Source: Nitrospirales bacterium
Lineage (GTDB): Bacteria; Nitrospirota; Nitrospiria; Nitrospirales; UBA8639
DNA length: 64,000 bases
Assembly (NCBI GenBank): GCA_039794325.1
Contig: JBDIVP010000001.1
Coordinates: 6,233 to 70,232 of the forward strand
Direction: 5' to 3'
In this document: one piece after another, positions 37,841 to 47,331 of the stretch
Numbering within the stretch: position 1 is the first letter of the stretch
Layout: the number at the start of each line of letters is the position of its first letter
The notes under the pieces: model-generated
What the model was told of the DNA's origin: nothing
The model's input: the letters and a program-made list of their open reading frames with translations, nothing else
Database searches by the model: none
Translations under genes and position numbers: made by a program

Positions 37841-39817
37841 TTATGCGTCTTTAACCCGATGGAAATAGGTTGCCAGGGCCAGCAATGGAAAATAATCCCG
37901 GTACAGGTGATAGCTGATGTAAAAGACCCGTGGAAAGCCCGTGCCGGTCGTAATGAATTCCTCCCATGTACCGTCCTCACGTTGCCGGTCAAGAAGCCAG
38001 CGCACGCCTCGGGCCACCGCCGTGCTTTGGATTTTTTCCGCGGCTATCAACCCGAGAATAGCCCAGGCTGTTTGCGAGGGGGTGCTTTCGGCCGGTTCAA
38101 ACTGATTCGTGTCATAGCCCATGCAGCTCTCCCCCCATCCGCCGTCAGGATTTTGCACCTCGCATAACCAACGTGCCCCACGGGTAATGGCCGGCGTAAC
38201 ATGAGGTGAACCTGTCGACTTAAGCCCGCGAATGGCCAGAAATGTTCCGTAAATGTAATTGACGCCCCACCGGCCGTACCAACTTCCGTTGTCCTCCTGC
38301 CGGGCAAGCAGGTATTGTACGCCTCGTGAAATGGCCGGATGGGTATGGTCAAATTCACGGCGACAGAGCGATTCCAGCACGCGACCGGTAATATCCGGGC
38401 AGGTCGGATCCAGCATGGCATTGTGATCAGCGAAAGGGATTTTGTTGAGGATCTCCCAATTGTTGTCGACATCAAATGCCGCCCACCCGCCATCGGAGCT
38501 TTGCATGGCTAAGAGCCATTGGATGGCCCGCCGCTCCGTACGGGCCTGTTTGTCCGGATCGCTGGCCTTGGCGCCAAGCAGGGCCATGAGGACCATCGCG
38601 GTGTCGTCAATATCGGGATAGAATTCATTCGCAAACTCGAAAGCCCAGCCGGACGGAGTGACCTGTGGACGCTTGGTCGCCCAATCTCCCTTCCGCCGGA
38701 TTTCCTTCGTCAGCAGCCAGTCAGCTGCAGCGGTCAGGTGAGCCGGGTCTGCTTCTCCGAATTCGGCAACTGCGAAGGTGGCGATGGCCGTATCCCAGAC
38801 AGGGGATTTGGCCGGTTGAATGATGAGGTGGTCTGCGGATTCCACCATAAGGTCATCAAAGTGGGCCATGGCTACCTGCAAATCCGGATGGTCGCGTTCA
38901 TAACCCAGCGCATCCATCGCCATGATGGCGTACATCATGGAGGGATAAATGGCACCGAGCCCCTCGCTGTGTTGCAGGTGATCCAACATCCAGTGTTCGG
39001 CCTCACGGATGGCCCGCCCGCGAATGATTTTGACGCTCTGACGTTCCCAGCGTTTAAAAAGTTTGTCCGCCCGGACGAAGAGATTGGCGATGCGATCCTT
39101 TCGGTGTAGGGCGAGTTTGCGGTGGGGATGCATCAATTCGTCGATACGAAGATTACCGGGTGTGGGCTTCGCTTTGCCGGACAGGGCCTGCACGATCGAG
39201 AGGGGAACGATGATGGTGCGGGTCCAGGAGGACATCTCGTAGAGAACGTTGCCCGGAATAATCATGATTTCGGGTGGGATGGTCGGGCTGAATTTCCGTG
39301 GAAATAAATCAAAAAAGCTGAAGTTAATTTTGGTATAGCTATTACACGCTTGGATGCCGCCGAGTTTGAGAATGAGTTCCCGCGCTTTCTCCATGCGTGA
39401 ATCATGAGGGTCCATGCCTGTCATTTTCAGCATGGTGTATGCCCGGACCGTGGCGTTGATCTCTGAGGGACCGGGCTCATAAATGCTCCAACCACCGTCG
39501 TGACGCTGGCTGTCGAGAATTGCTTGAACGGCTTTGCGGATTTTGGGGAGGGTCGGCGGAGTCCAGCTTCCGTCCGGTGCAGCCGGATACATCCACATCT
39601 GAAGGAGAATGTAGTCGGAGAGAAGTGTCGAGTCCCCGGTGAGGAGGCCATACCAATACCCCTCGGGATGCTGTTTGGCTTGCAAGGCATGCCAAGCTCG
39701 AGTGGCTGCCGTCCTCGTTTCGCTGCTCGAGGGGCGGGCGACCGTCTGAGCCGCGAAAGCCATTTCCTGAGTTGGGGCTAAGGCCACATTTTCAACGATT
39801 CCCTCTATTTCCCGCAT
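37841..39817 (-). CDS. shc: squalene--hopene cyclase
   Basis: 658 aa. It has the catalytic DIDDTAMV (DxDDTA) motif and multiple QW repeats (e.g. QxxDGGWG, QNPDGGWGE, REDGTWEE). It reads as a full-length terpene cyclase. Confidence 0.95.
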   Translation of the reverse strand: MREIEGIVENVALAPTQEMAFAAQTVARPSSSETRTAATRAWHALQAKQHPEGYWYGLLTGDSTLLSDYILLQMWMYPAAPDGSWTPPTLPKIRKAVQAILDSQRHDGGWSIYEPGPSEINATVRAYTMLKMTGMDPHDSRMEKARELILKLGGIQACNSYTKINFSFFDLFPRKFSPTIPPEIMIIPGNVLYEMSSWTRTIIVPLSIVQALSGKAKPTPGNLRIDELMHPHRKLALHRKDRIANLFVRADKLFKRWERQSVKIIRGRAIREAEHWMLDHLQHSEGLGAIYPSMMYAIMAMDALGYERDHPDLQVAMAHFDDLMVESADHLIIQPAKSPVWDTAIATFAVAEFGEADPAHLTAAADWLLTKEIRRKGDWATKRPQVTPSGWAFEFANEFYPDIDDTAMVLMALLGAKASDPDKQARTERRAIQWLLAMQSSDGGWAAFDVDNNWEILNKIPFADHNAMLDPTCPDITGRVLESLCRREFDHTHPAISRGVQYLLARQEDNGSWYGRWGVNYIYGTFLAIRGLKSTGSPHVTPAITRGARWLCEVQNPDGGWGESCMGYDTNQFEPAESTPSQTAWAILGLIAAEKIQSTAVARGVRWLLDRQREDGTWEEFITTGTGFPRVFYISYHLYRDYFPLLALATYFHRVKDA

Positions 39818-39983
39818 GGATACCTTTCTCCCTGAGTGCCTTAAGTAGAAAATGATCGCACAAAAGCCGTCATTTTGTGACAGGTTTTGGAGGATATTAA
39901 ATTAATTGAATGAATCGTGACAAGAAGAACCATTTGCCTCCGGTCTACCTGCATTATGAAAGCTCAGAATCTACGATCTACAT

Positions 39984-40832
39984 TTAGGATAGCTGCCGCC
40001 GTGCGTCCCCCAATGTAAGAATGGGGGTGGAAAGCAGATGATAAGCCCTGTGTGAGTCCATCGTGAGATCGGGAGGGCGCACAAGTCCAGATTCTTGGAT
40101 TGTGCCTTGCCGGATATTCGAAGGGATTGGGACGCCAAAGTGATCCAATAAGGCCGTGCCGAATTCCCAGCGGTTCAAGGGGGCGGGACCCCCTATGTGC
40201 AAGACCCCTGCATGGTCTTTGGTGGCCAATTCCAATAAGGCCTCCGCCAAATTTTCCACCCAGACCGGGCATCGAATTTCATCAGTGAACAAACGGTAGG
40301 ATTCTCCGGATTTCGCCGCGTGCATGAGTTGGGCGGTTTGCCGGTCTGGAGTGCGCAAATCATAGAGCAAGGATGTCCGGACGATGGTCGCCTTTTGATT
40401 CACGGCCGTAATAAGTGTCTCGGTTTCTGCTTTGGCCCGGCCGTAGGGATTGATGGGGTTGGGGGAACTGGTTTCGAAATAGGGTGCAGATATCCCGTCG
40501 AATACTTGGTCGGTGGAAAGGTGAACAAAGCGAATGCCGCGCTCCATGGCTTGTATGGCCAGTAGGCCTCCTGCAGGCAGCATGGCGTTAATGCCGTCCC
40601 CCTGATCCGAACAGGCTGTATGAATAATGCACTCCGGGCGGACTCGGTCCAGTAAGACCTTCACCGTCTCCGGTTGCTGAAGGTCGCACACGTGAAAACT
40701 AACCTTGGGAATCGCTGTGGCCGGGGTACGGTGCAAGGTTCCAGCGACGATAAAGTCTTTGGATACGGCATGATGGAGGAGGTAGCGTCCCAGAAATCCG
40801 GCTGCCCCCGTGATGAGCAATCGCGTCGGCAT
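39984..40832 (-). CDS. NAD(P)-dependent SDR-type reductase, RmlD (dTDP-4-dehydrorhamnose reductase)-like
   Basis: About 282 aa from the ATG at 40832 (MPTRLLITGAAGFLGRYLL, a Rossmann GxxGxxG). It has the catalytic YGRAK (YxxxK). Size and layout are RmlD-like. The substrate is unknown. Confidence 0.75.
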   Translation of the reverse strand: MPTRLLITGAAGFLGRYLLHHAVSKDFIVAGTLHRTPATAIPKVSFHVCDLQQPETVKVLLDRVRPECIIHTACSDQGDGINAMLPAGGLLAIQAMERGIRFVHLSTDQVFDGISAPYFETSSPNPINPYGRAKAETETLITAVNQKATIVRTSLLYDLRTPDRQTAQLMHAAKSGESYRLFTDEIRCPVWVENLAEALLELATKDHAGVLHIGGPAPLNRWEFGTALLDHFGVPIPSNIRQGTIQESGLVRPPDLTMDSHRAYHLLSTPILTLGDARRQLS

Positions 40833-40936
40833 GGACCCCCATTGTAAAACATCCGAAAACCGGAAATCTTGTGCCGGTCCCATTGGTCCCTTAGAATGAC
40901 GACAGCCGCGGCCAATATCGGCAAAGGAGCGTCTCT

Positions 40937-41974
40937 ATGGGAATGATAGATTTGCGTAGCGATACGGTTACGAAACCCACGCCCGCCATGCGTGAAGCCA
41001 TGGCCCATGCGGAAGTGGGGGATGATGTCTATGGGGAAGATCCGACCGTGAATCGCCTGGAGTCGGTGGCGGCGAATCTGCTGGGAAAAGAAGCCGGATT
41101 GTTTGTGCCGACGGGTGTGATGGGCAATCAATTGGCCATCCGGTTGCACACCCATGTTGGAGATGAGGTGATTGTTGAAAGCACCTCACATATTATCCGG
41201 TATGAAGGCGGGTCGGCCTCATCTTTGGCCGGCGTACAGTTATGTTGTGTTCCCGGTGCCCGCGGATTACTGTCGCCGGAGGCCGTGGAAGCGGCGGTTC
41301 GTCCGCGCGATGTTCATTTTCCTCCGACCACGCTGCTTTGTGTGGAGCAAACCCATAACGTGGGAGGCGGATCGGTGTATTCGCTGGCCGCCCTTGAACG
41401 TCTGGCGGAAGTAGGGAGAAAACATGGTCTGGCGTTGCATTTGGATGGCGCCCGGTTGTTCAATGCCGTTGTGAAAACCGGGGTGCCTGCGGCGGATTTC
41501 GCCCGGTTGTTCGACACGGTGACGTTTTGTTTTTCCAAGGGGCTGGGGGCTCCGGTCGGATCCATGCTCGTATCGGACCGCGAGCGAATCGGTCGTCTGC
41601 GTCGTTTGCGCAAAATGTTCGGGGGCGGGATGCGACAGGTTGGCATCCTGGCGGCGGCCGGTTTATATGCCTTGGAACACCATATGGCCCGGTTGGCTGA
41701 GGACCATGCCAATGCCAAACGGCTGGCGGAGTTGCTGGCTACGATCCCTGGGGTTGAGGTCAATGTGGATGCTACCGAAACGAATATCGTGTTATTTAAG
41801 GTCCCAACAGTAAAGGCGTCAACGGAGGCCCTGCTACGAACGTGTCGGGAACGAGGGGTGCTTATGAATGCGGTGGGTGATCGGGCTTTTCGATTGGTCA
41901 CGCATTTGGATATCTCCAGCCATGATGTGGAAGAAGCCGGCAGCATTTTTCGCCGGATTTTTACCGAGGGCTAG
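40937..41974 (+). CDS. ltaE: low-specificity L-threonine aldolase
   Basis: 345 aa with AAGGAG upstream. It has the N-terminal IDLRSDTVTKPT motif and a PLP-fold sequence (FCFSKGLGAPVGS). Confidence 0.88.
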   Translation: MGMIDLRSDTVTKPTPAMREAMAHAEVGDDVYGEDPTVNRLESVAANLLGKEAGLFVPTGVMGNQLAIRLHTHVGDEVIVESTSHIIRYEGGSASSLAGVQLCCVPGARGLLSPEAVEAAVRPRDVHFPPTTLLCVEQTHNVGGGSVYSLAALERLAEVGRKHGLALHLDGARLFNAVVKTGVPAADFARLFDTVTFCFSKGLGAPVGSMLVSDRERIGRLRRLRKMFGGGMRQVGILAAAGLYALEHHMARLAEDHANAKRLAELLATIPGVEVNVDATETNIVLFKVPTVKASTEALLRTCRERGVLMNAVGDRAFRLVTHLDISSHDVEEAGSIFRRIFTEG

Positions 41975-42091
41975 ACAACCCTTCCCGTGTTTTCCGTTGA
42001 CAGTGTGGGGGAGCCTTCTTACAATTTTAACCGGCATCTCATTGGGGGATGCCCGAATTACGAAACAAGTACTAGGGAACAGGATCAATAC

Positions 42092-42319
42092 ATGCAGGCC
42101 GTTTCTTTTCAACAGATTACGCAGATTTTGGAGTTGACCGACGATTTGGACATTTCGCGGGAAGCAGTGGAAATCCCGCTGTCCCCGGAACGGCCCGGCG
42201 CAGTCAGACGATTGCCAAACGGTAAATTGGAAATTGTGGTGGATGCCGATACGCCGTTTGAAGAATGGCTGGAATCATTGAAACCGAAAATTCTGGCTTT
42301 GGACGGCGGGGGGAATTGA
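42092..42319 (+). CDS. hypothetical small acidic protein
   Basis: 75 aa from the ATG at 42092 (the ORF is open from GTG 41987). I recognise no family. It is retained only because it fills an otherwise empty gap on the coding strand. Confidence 0.3.
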   Translation: MQAVSFQQITQILELTDDLDISREAVEIPLSPERPGAVRRLPNGKLEIVVDADTPFEEWLESLKPKILALDGGGN

Positions 42320-42413
42320 TGACCTGCCTGGAAATCCTTATGAGCGGTGTCGTGTTCCATCGGCGGTTCCGATTGAAGTCATTATATCTTACGAAAATCA
42401 GGGGTAGGGTAAT

Positions 42414-42620
42414 ATGGCCGTAAGAGACCGGGAATGGCCCGGTTATACGATTTGGTATTGTTGTCAGGAGTGCGGTCGTTTGTGGACGTATCAGGGATCG
42501 GATGTCGTGGCCCTTGATCCGAGTTTTGCGCTGGGCCCAGCCTGGGTTGGCGAAGGGAGTCCTGCCAGGACCTGTGCCATTTGCGAAGGTCGCTGTAATG
42601 CTCCGGCAGCCGAAATTTAA
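42414..42620 (+). CDS. hypothetical small Cys-rich (zinc-ribbon-like) protein
   Basis: 68 aa with an ATG and a G-rich SD-like sequence upstream. It has two CxxC pairs (CCQEC and CAIC) plus an extra Cys. A hairpin follows directly. Confidence 0.4.
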   Translation: MAVRDREWPGYTIWYCCQECGRLWTYQGSDVVALDPSFALGPAWVGEGSPARTCAICEGRCNAPAAEI

Positions 42621-42621
42621 A

Positions 42622-42640
42622 CGTCCGGTTTTCCCGGACG
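42622..42640. terminator. candidate bidirectional terminator hairpin between convergent genes
   Basis: CGTCCGG TTTTC CCGGACG forms a 7-bp stem. On the minus strand it is followed by TTTAAAT and on the plus strand by GTCCTT. It lies between the stops at 42620 (+) and 42683 (-). Confidence 0.45.
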
Positions 42641-42682
42641 GTCCTTGAGAAGAGGGTGTTGACCTGACGTCTGAAGGGGCCC

Positions 42683-43114
42683 TTAAGGTGCTAAGGTGAC
42701 CGCCTGCCCCTTCATGTCACTTTCCCCCGCTACTTCCTTGACGGTTTCGACTGTCCATTCAAAAGGGGTAATTTTCAGCAAATGCCCCTTAAGGGTGTAG
42801 AACTCCCCTTCGGGAATTTCCACCTTATTGGAATCCGTCACCTTCAAGGCCAGAACTTTTTTCCCTTCAAACTTGTGGGTCAGATTCAGGCCGGTTGGAG
42901 ACCGGTCCAATTGATACGCCCCCTGTTCGTTGATGACAAGCGAGTTGGCTTCGATCTTGGCGTGGAGCTTTCCCACCTTATCAAAAATAGCAAAGTTAAT
43001 TCGAATCGGGGTGCCGCCGGTTTGCCGAAATTCCATTTCAATTTGCGGTAGTCCTTCCACTTCCACAATCCCGTTGGAATTGCGATACCAATGGGGTCCG
43101 ACCTTGACATCCAT
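42683..43114 (-). CDS. hypothetical protein
   Basis: 143 aa from the ATG at 43114, with GGGAGG about 10 nt upstream (a TTG at 43147 is also possible). The composition looks beta-rich and I recognise no family. It is the last gene of the pseudokinase/YifB transcription unit. Confidence 0.5.
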   Translation of the reverse strand: MDVKVGPHWYRNSNGIVEVEGLPQIEMEFRQTGGTPIRINFAIFDKVGKLHAKIEANSLVINEQGAYQLDRSPTGLNLTHKFEGKKVLALKVTDSNKVEIPEGEFYTLKGHLLKITPFEWTVETVKEVAGESDMKGQAVTLAP

Positions 43115-43249
43115 ACCCGTTGTGCCTCCCTCTGTGATCGATGACAAAAAGCCTTATTGTAATTCATGAACCGGATGATGGCTAGGGGAAAGCCGGGGAA
43201 ATTTGTTCGATGAGGGCGGATCTTTCTGAAGTTCGGGAAGGCCGGATCG

Positions 43250-43462
43250 TTATGATTTTTTGATCCGGTTCAATATGAGGGCGATGCATCCCCCCAGGAG
43301 CCCGCCTCCTAAAACCGGTGGGACTAATTCCACCAGTTGCAATTCCCAAATGGCTCCTTGGGCTGTCATCAGATCGCGGATGCCACCTTGAATCATGATT
43401 ACCGCCAGGGCCATCAAAGCCCCGACCATGAACCACCATCGAAAGATTTTAAAGGATTCCAT
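43250..43462 (-). CDS. small two-helix membrane protein, hypothetical
   Basis: 70 aa with an ATG start. It has two hydrophobic segments (WWFMVGALMALAVIMI and PPVLGGGLLGGCIALIL). It begins 23 nt after the yifB stop. Confidence 0.4.
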   Translation of the reverse strand: MESFKIFRWWFMVGALMALAVIMIQGGIRDLMTAQGAIWELQLVELVPPVLGGGLLGGCIALILNRIKKS

Positions 43463-43484
43463 GTCGTCAACAGGCTCTTGTCAT

Positions 43485-45011
43485 TCAGAGGGCTGCGGGA
43501 CGATCCAAAGTCCGGTATTGCACCGCTTCCGCAACATGGTTGGCCCGAATGGTGTCGGATTGCTCCAGATCCGCGATGGTTCGAGACACGCGAAGGATCC
43601 GTCCGTGGGCACGGGCAGATAATCCCAAGCGGGAGACGGCTTGGTCAAGCATAGTTTTACCGGCCTGATCCAATTGGCAATGCTGTTTGAGTTGTTTGGG
43701 CTTTAATTGGGCATTATTCAAGGTCGGCTCGTGACGGTAGCGGTCCAATTGCCGTTGGCGTGCATGGATGACGCGTTCGCGAATGGCAAGGGAGCCTTCG
43801 GCATGCGTAGGTCCCGAAAGATCCTTAACCGGAACGGCCGGTACTTCGATATGAATGTCCAACCGGTCCAGGAGTGGACCGGATAACCGGCTTCGATAGC
43901 GACGAATCTGATGAGGCGTGCAGACGCACTCATGGGTCGGGTCGCCGTAATAGCCGCAGGGGCATGGGTTCATGGCCACCACGAGCATGAGGCGGGCGGG
44001 AAAGGTCAGGCTGGCCTGCACACGGGTCAGCGTGACGGTGCCGTTTTCCAGGGGTTGGCGGAGACTGTCCAACAGCGACCGTTTGAATTCCAGAGCTTCA
44101 TCAAGAAAAAGCACCCCATGATGAGCCAGCGACACTTCACCCGGCCGTGGGATGGAGCCGCCTCCAATGAGTCCGGCCTCCGAAATTGTGTGATGCGGAG
44201 CGCGAAAGGGGCGAGTCACCAACAGCGGTTGGTCGGGCAGCAGGGTACCCGCCACGCAATGGACTTGGCTGGCCTCCAGACATTCCTGAAAACCCATGGG
44301 AGGAAGAATGCCGGTTAGTCGTTGTGCCAGCATGGTTTTCCCTGAGCCGGGGGGTCCGATCATGAGAAGGTTATGGTTGCCGGCTGCTGCGACTTCCAGT
44401 GCCCGTTTCGCCTGGAATTGTCCGACCACATCGGCAAAATCCTCCTCTACCGGTTGCTGTGCGGGCTGAAGTAAGACTGAAGGGGGCGTACAGGGGAGGA
44501 AGGGTTGGGTTCCTTGAATACCTTCAACGACTTCCGGAAGGGTATGGACTCCATAGACGGTGGCATGGTGAACCACTGCGGCGTGCAGGGCGTTCTCAGC
44601 GGGGAGAATCAAGGCTTGTGGTTGGGGCGTAGCCATGGCCATGGACAAGGCACCCTGGACCGGCTTCACCCTGCCATCCAACGCCAATTCTCCGACAAAG
44701 ACGAAGGTTTGAATGGAAGCCTGGGGCAGCAAGCCCTCGGCGATCAGAATGCCGATGGCGATTCCCAAATCCAAACCGGCACCTTCTTTTTTCATGCCGG
44801 CCGGGGCCAGGTTCACGGTAATTTTTTTGGCCGGAAAGTGAAATCCCGTGTTTTTCAGGGCCGAACGTACCCGGTCCCGGCTTTCACGAACGGTGGCATC
44901 GGGAAGGCCCACGATGGAAAATTGTGGAAGGCCGCCCCCGATATCGACCTCAATTTCAATCGGATATCCTTCCAATCCCATCAATCCGACGCTATGGACT
45001 TTGGCTAGCAT
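43485..45011 (-). CDS. yifB: YifB/ComM-family Mg-chelatase-like AAA+ ATPase
   Basis: 508 aa. It has an N-terminal Lon-protease-like fold region (MLAKVHSVGLMGLEGYPIEIEVD), Walker A (GPPGSGKTM), Walker B (VLFLDE), and the C-terminal ChlI-like region with CPCG. Confidence 0.92.
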   Translation of the reverse strand: MLAKVHSVGLMGLEGYPIEIEVDIGGGLPQFSIVGLPDATVRESRDRVRSALKNTGFHFPAKKITVNLAPAGMKKEGAGLDLGIAIGILIAEGLLPQASIQTFVFVGELALDGRVKPVQGALSMAMATPQPQALILPAENALHAAVVHHATVYGVHTLPEVVEGIQGTQPFLPCTPPSVLLQPAQQPVEEDFADVVGQFQAKRALEVAAAGNHNLLMIGPPGSGKTMLAQRLTGILPPMGFQECLEASQVHCVAGTLLPDQPLLVTRPFRAPHHTISEAGLIGGGSIPRPGEVSLAHHGVLFLDEALEFKRSLLDSLRQPLENGTVTLTRVQASLTFPARLMLVVAMNPCPCGYYGDPTHECVCTPHQIRRYRSRLSGPLLDRLDIHIEVPAVPVKDLSGPTHAEGSLAIRERVIHARQRQLDRYRHEPTLNNAQLKPKQLKQHCQLDQAGKTMLDQAVSRLGLSARAHGRILRVSRTIADLEQSDTIRANHVAEAVQYRTLDRPAAL

Positions 45012-45049
45012 GATGTCCTTTGGCGGTTGGATGGGGTGTGGCAGTCCCG

Positions 45050-46741
45050 TTAAGGGGTGGGTGAGACAATATCGGGGGAAGAGGATGTGGCCGGTGGCGG
45101 TTCGTGGACCTGGCGGAAACTCTGAAATTCAGGGAGATCGGGGATGCCGGGATAAACCTGGAGTTCATGAAGTGCGGGTATGTCGGTTTCGATGGATTCC
45201 ACGGCATCCAAGAGTATCTCGGTTTCGGCATCAAAGACTGCGGCATCCTCCACGGCTTCAGGCTTTATCTCAAGGCGGTCCTCTGCTTCTAAGGGCGTGA
45301 TGGTGGCCTGGGGCCTTGGAGAGGATGTTGGTGAAGCAGGCAGTCCCTGTTCGGCTATTCGAGGTGACTCGAACATAGCCGGGGTTGGGCTGGAATCCGG
45401 AGGAGTCGGGGCCGGTTTTGATGGAGGTTTGAAGGGAACGGACTCCTGTTGAGGTGCGGAAATGCTGTCGGAAGAAGGGCCGGGTTCAAGTTGTGGTGTA
45501 ACAGACTTCATGGGGGAGGGAGCCTCTTGTATGAAATCCTCTGTGGGTTCTATGGATAGGGAGGGAACCGGAGGCTCGCTTTCCGGTTGATCAACCAGCC
45601 GGTATCCGGTAGCCCAGGCGGCCATGAGCACGATCAGCCCCAGGAAAATTCCAACCTTCTTCTTCCATGGTCTTTGGGGGAGGAGCTCCTCTTTCATTTG
45701 TTGGGAGAAGAGGGAGGCCGGATGCTCATGCGGAGCAGGGTTGGCAATGGCCACAGGTTCAGGTGCAGGAGCGGCTGTTGGAGATAGAGGCTTAGGAATG
45801 TCCTGTTCCGAATGGTCTGCCGGATGATCTGAGTGTGGAACGGGCGGCGGCTCGGGTGGAGGAGGCTTCGGAGGTTCCGTGTTTCGACTTGGCGAAGCGG
45901 GTTGGAGAGCAGCCGGGTTCAATTTGGCAAGTTGTTGATTGAGAATCGTCAGGACATGGGTGGCATCCTTCAGGCGGTCCGCCGGTTTATTGCGGGTCAT
46001 CTGCCGGATCAATGTTTGTATGGCTTGAGGAACGGATGTCGGAAATTGAAAAACGGGATCGGATTGATCATAGGCCAGTCTGCCGATGATGGACGTTTGG
46101 GGAAGACCGGCATAGGGGGTGGTTTTCGTGACCATTTCATACATCATGAGTCCCAGGCAATACAGATCGCTGCTCAGTGTGAGAAGTTCACCCCTCGCAC
46201 ATTCAGGCGGGAGATAGGGGAGAGGGCGCAAGAGATCCACATCGGATTGTGCCAGCATGTCCATCAGGATCCAGGCAAGGCCCAGGTCCATCACTTTGAT
46301 GTGATGGTCGGGACCCACCAGAATGTGTCCCGGATGGAGGGTGCCATGAATGATGCCTTGAAAATGAGTATGGACCAACACCTCGGTAATGCCTCGCGCC
46401 AGGATCAGCATGGTTTCTAAAGCCAGTGGCCCTTGTTCGTTGATGATCCATTCCAAACTGGGACCTTCAAAATACTCCATGAACACGATCGGCATGCTCT
46501 GCTGGTCGGCTTCGACTTTGTAGATTTTAATGAGATTCGGATGATTCAGTTTGAGAAGGGGTTGGGTTTTTTTTATAAAGGCCTGAGTCCGGAGAGTGCA
46601 GGTGTTGATGCGGGAATCATAAATCTTGACAGCTACCTTCCGGCCTTGTTCAAGATCATATCCATGATAAATGGTGCCGGTTTTTCCTTTGGAAATTTCC
46701 CCCTGGATTTCAAATGTCCCGGCGACAACCTGTTTAGTCAT
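45050..46741 (-). CDS. membrane-anchored Ser/Thr protein kinase-like protein, predicted pseudokinase
   Basis: 563 aa with an N-terminal Hanks-type kinase fold (VAVK Lys, DLG, PPE retained). The catalytic loop reads HGTLHPGH (46325-46348) instead of HRDLKPxN, and the alpha-C Glu position is Lys (FIKKTQ). A Pro-rich linker, one TM helix (VGIFLGLIVLMAAWATGY) and a Pro/Ser/Glu-rich low-complexity C-terminus follow. Confidence 0.85.
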   Translation of the reverse strand: MTKQVVAGTFEIQGEISKGKTGTIYHGYDLEQGRKVAVKIYDSRINTCTLRTQAFIKKTQPLLKLNHPNLIKIYKVEADQQSMPIVFMEYFEGPSLEWIINEQGPLALETMLILARGITEVLVHTHFQGIIHGTLHPGHILVGPDHHIKVMDLGLAWILMDMLAQSDVDLLRPLPYLPPECARGELLTLSSDLYCLGLMMYEMVTKTTPYAGLPQTSIIGRLAYDQSDPVFQFPTSVPQAIQTLIRQMTRNKPADRLKDATHVLTILNQQLAKLNPAALQPASPSRNTEPPKPPPPEPPPVPHSDHPADHSEQDIPKPLSPTAAPAPEPVAIANPAPHEHPASLFSQQMKEELLPQRPWKKKVGIFLGLIVLMAAWATGYRLVDQPESEPPVPSLSIEPTEDFIQEAPSPMKSVTPQLEPGPSSDSISAPQQESVPFKPPSKPAPTPPDSSPTPAMFESPRIAEQGLPASPTSSPRPQATITPLEAEDRLEIKPEAVEDAAVFDAETEILLDAVESIETDIPALHELQVYPGIPDLPEFQSFRQVHEPPPATSSSPDIVSPTP

Positions 46742-47331
46742 AGAATCCTTCGGTCTGGGGCATTAGGTCTCCAAACATAGGGCCCACTGTGTTCGAAGCA
46801 GAGCATTCATCAGTCGTGGGCCGTCACATAAGGTTCTGATCTACTTGCATCAAGTGATTGGCCGGCTGAGCCTTTCATGAATGAAGCCGGAATTTTCCTG
46901 GCACCGCTGTTGATGCCTGGAATCATGAGACCGAACCCTTGCTCCTCCATGAGCGCGTACCAGCTCAAAGTACAGTACCTGTTCCAAAATTGGGGGAAAG
47001 GCTGTTCATCCTTTTCGGAATCCAACGGATCGATCTTAAATTCATGGATGGGAGTGTTGAATAATTGAAATTTTCAAGGACAAATTTGCTCATGGCTTCG
47101 TTGACGATCATGGCTTTGGGGCGGTTCAAAAAAGCATGCCCTGAGACTTTCCGAAGGGTCCGTCCGGCAAGGCCACAGCGATGAACGGAAGAAGAGAAAA
47201 GGAAAAAGTGAAAAGGAATAGAAAAAGAGGGCAGCTTCACAAATAGGATCCTTTGGACTCCTCACGTTTCACTGCTTCGGGGAACGCTGCTGGCGGCTTT
47301 TTTCAATAGACCCTGGATGGTTTCCGTTCCA

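Noticed and set aside
46810-47240. Two overlapping minus-strand ORFs (71 and 91 aa) as real genes, or as an FHA or phosphatase partner of the kinase-like gene.
   Set aside because: I could not recognise an FHA, PP2C, GNAT or toxin-antitoxin signature. The frames are broken and one of the two (46810-47025) uses a TTG start. They are reported only as a possible decayed gene within a finding.
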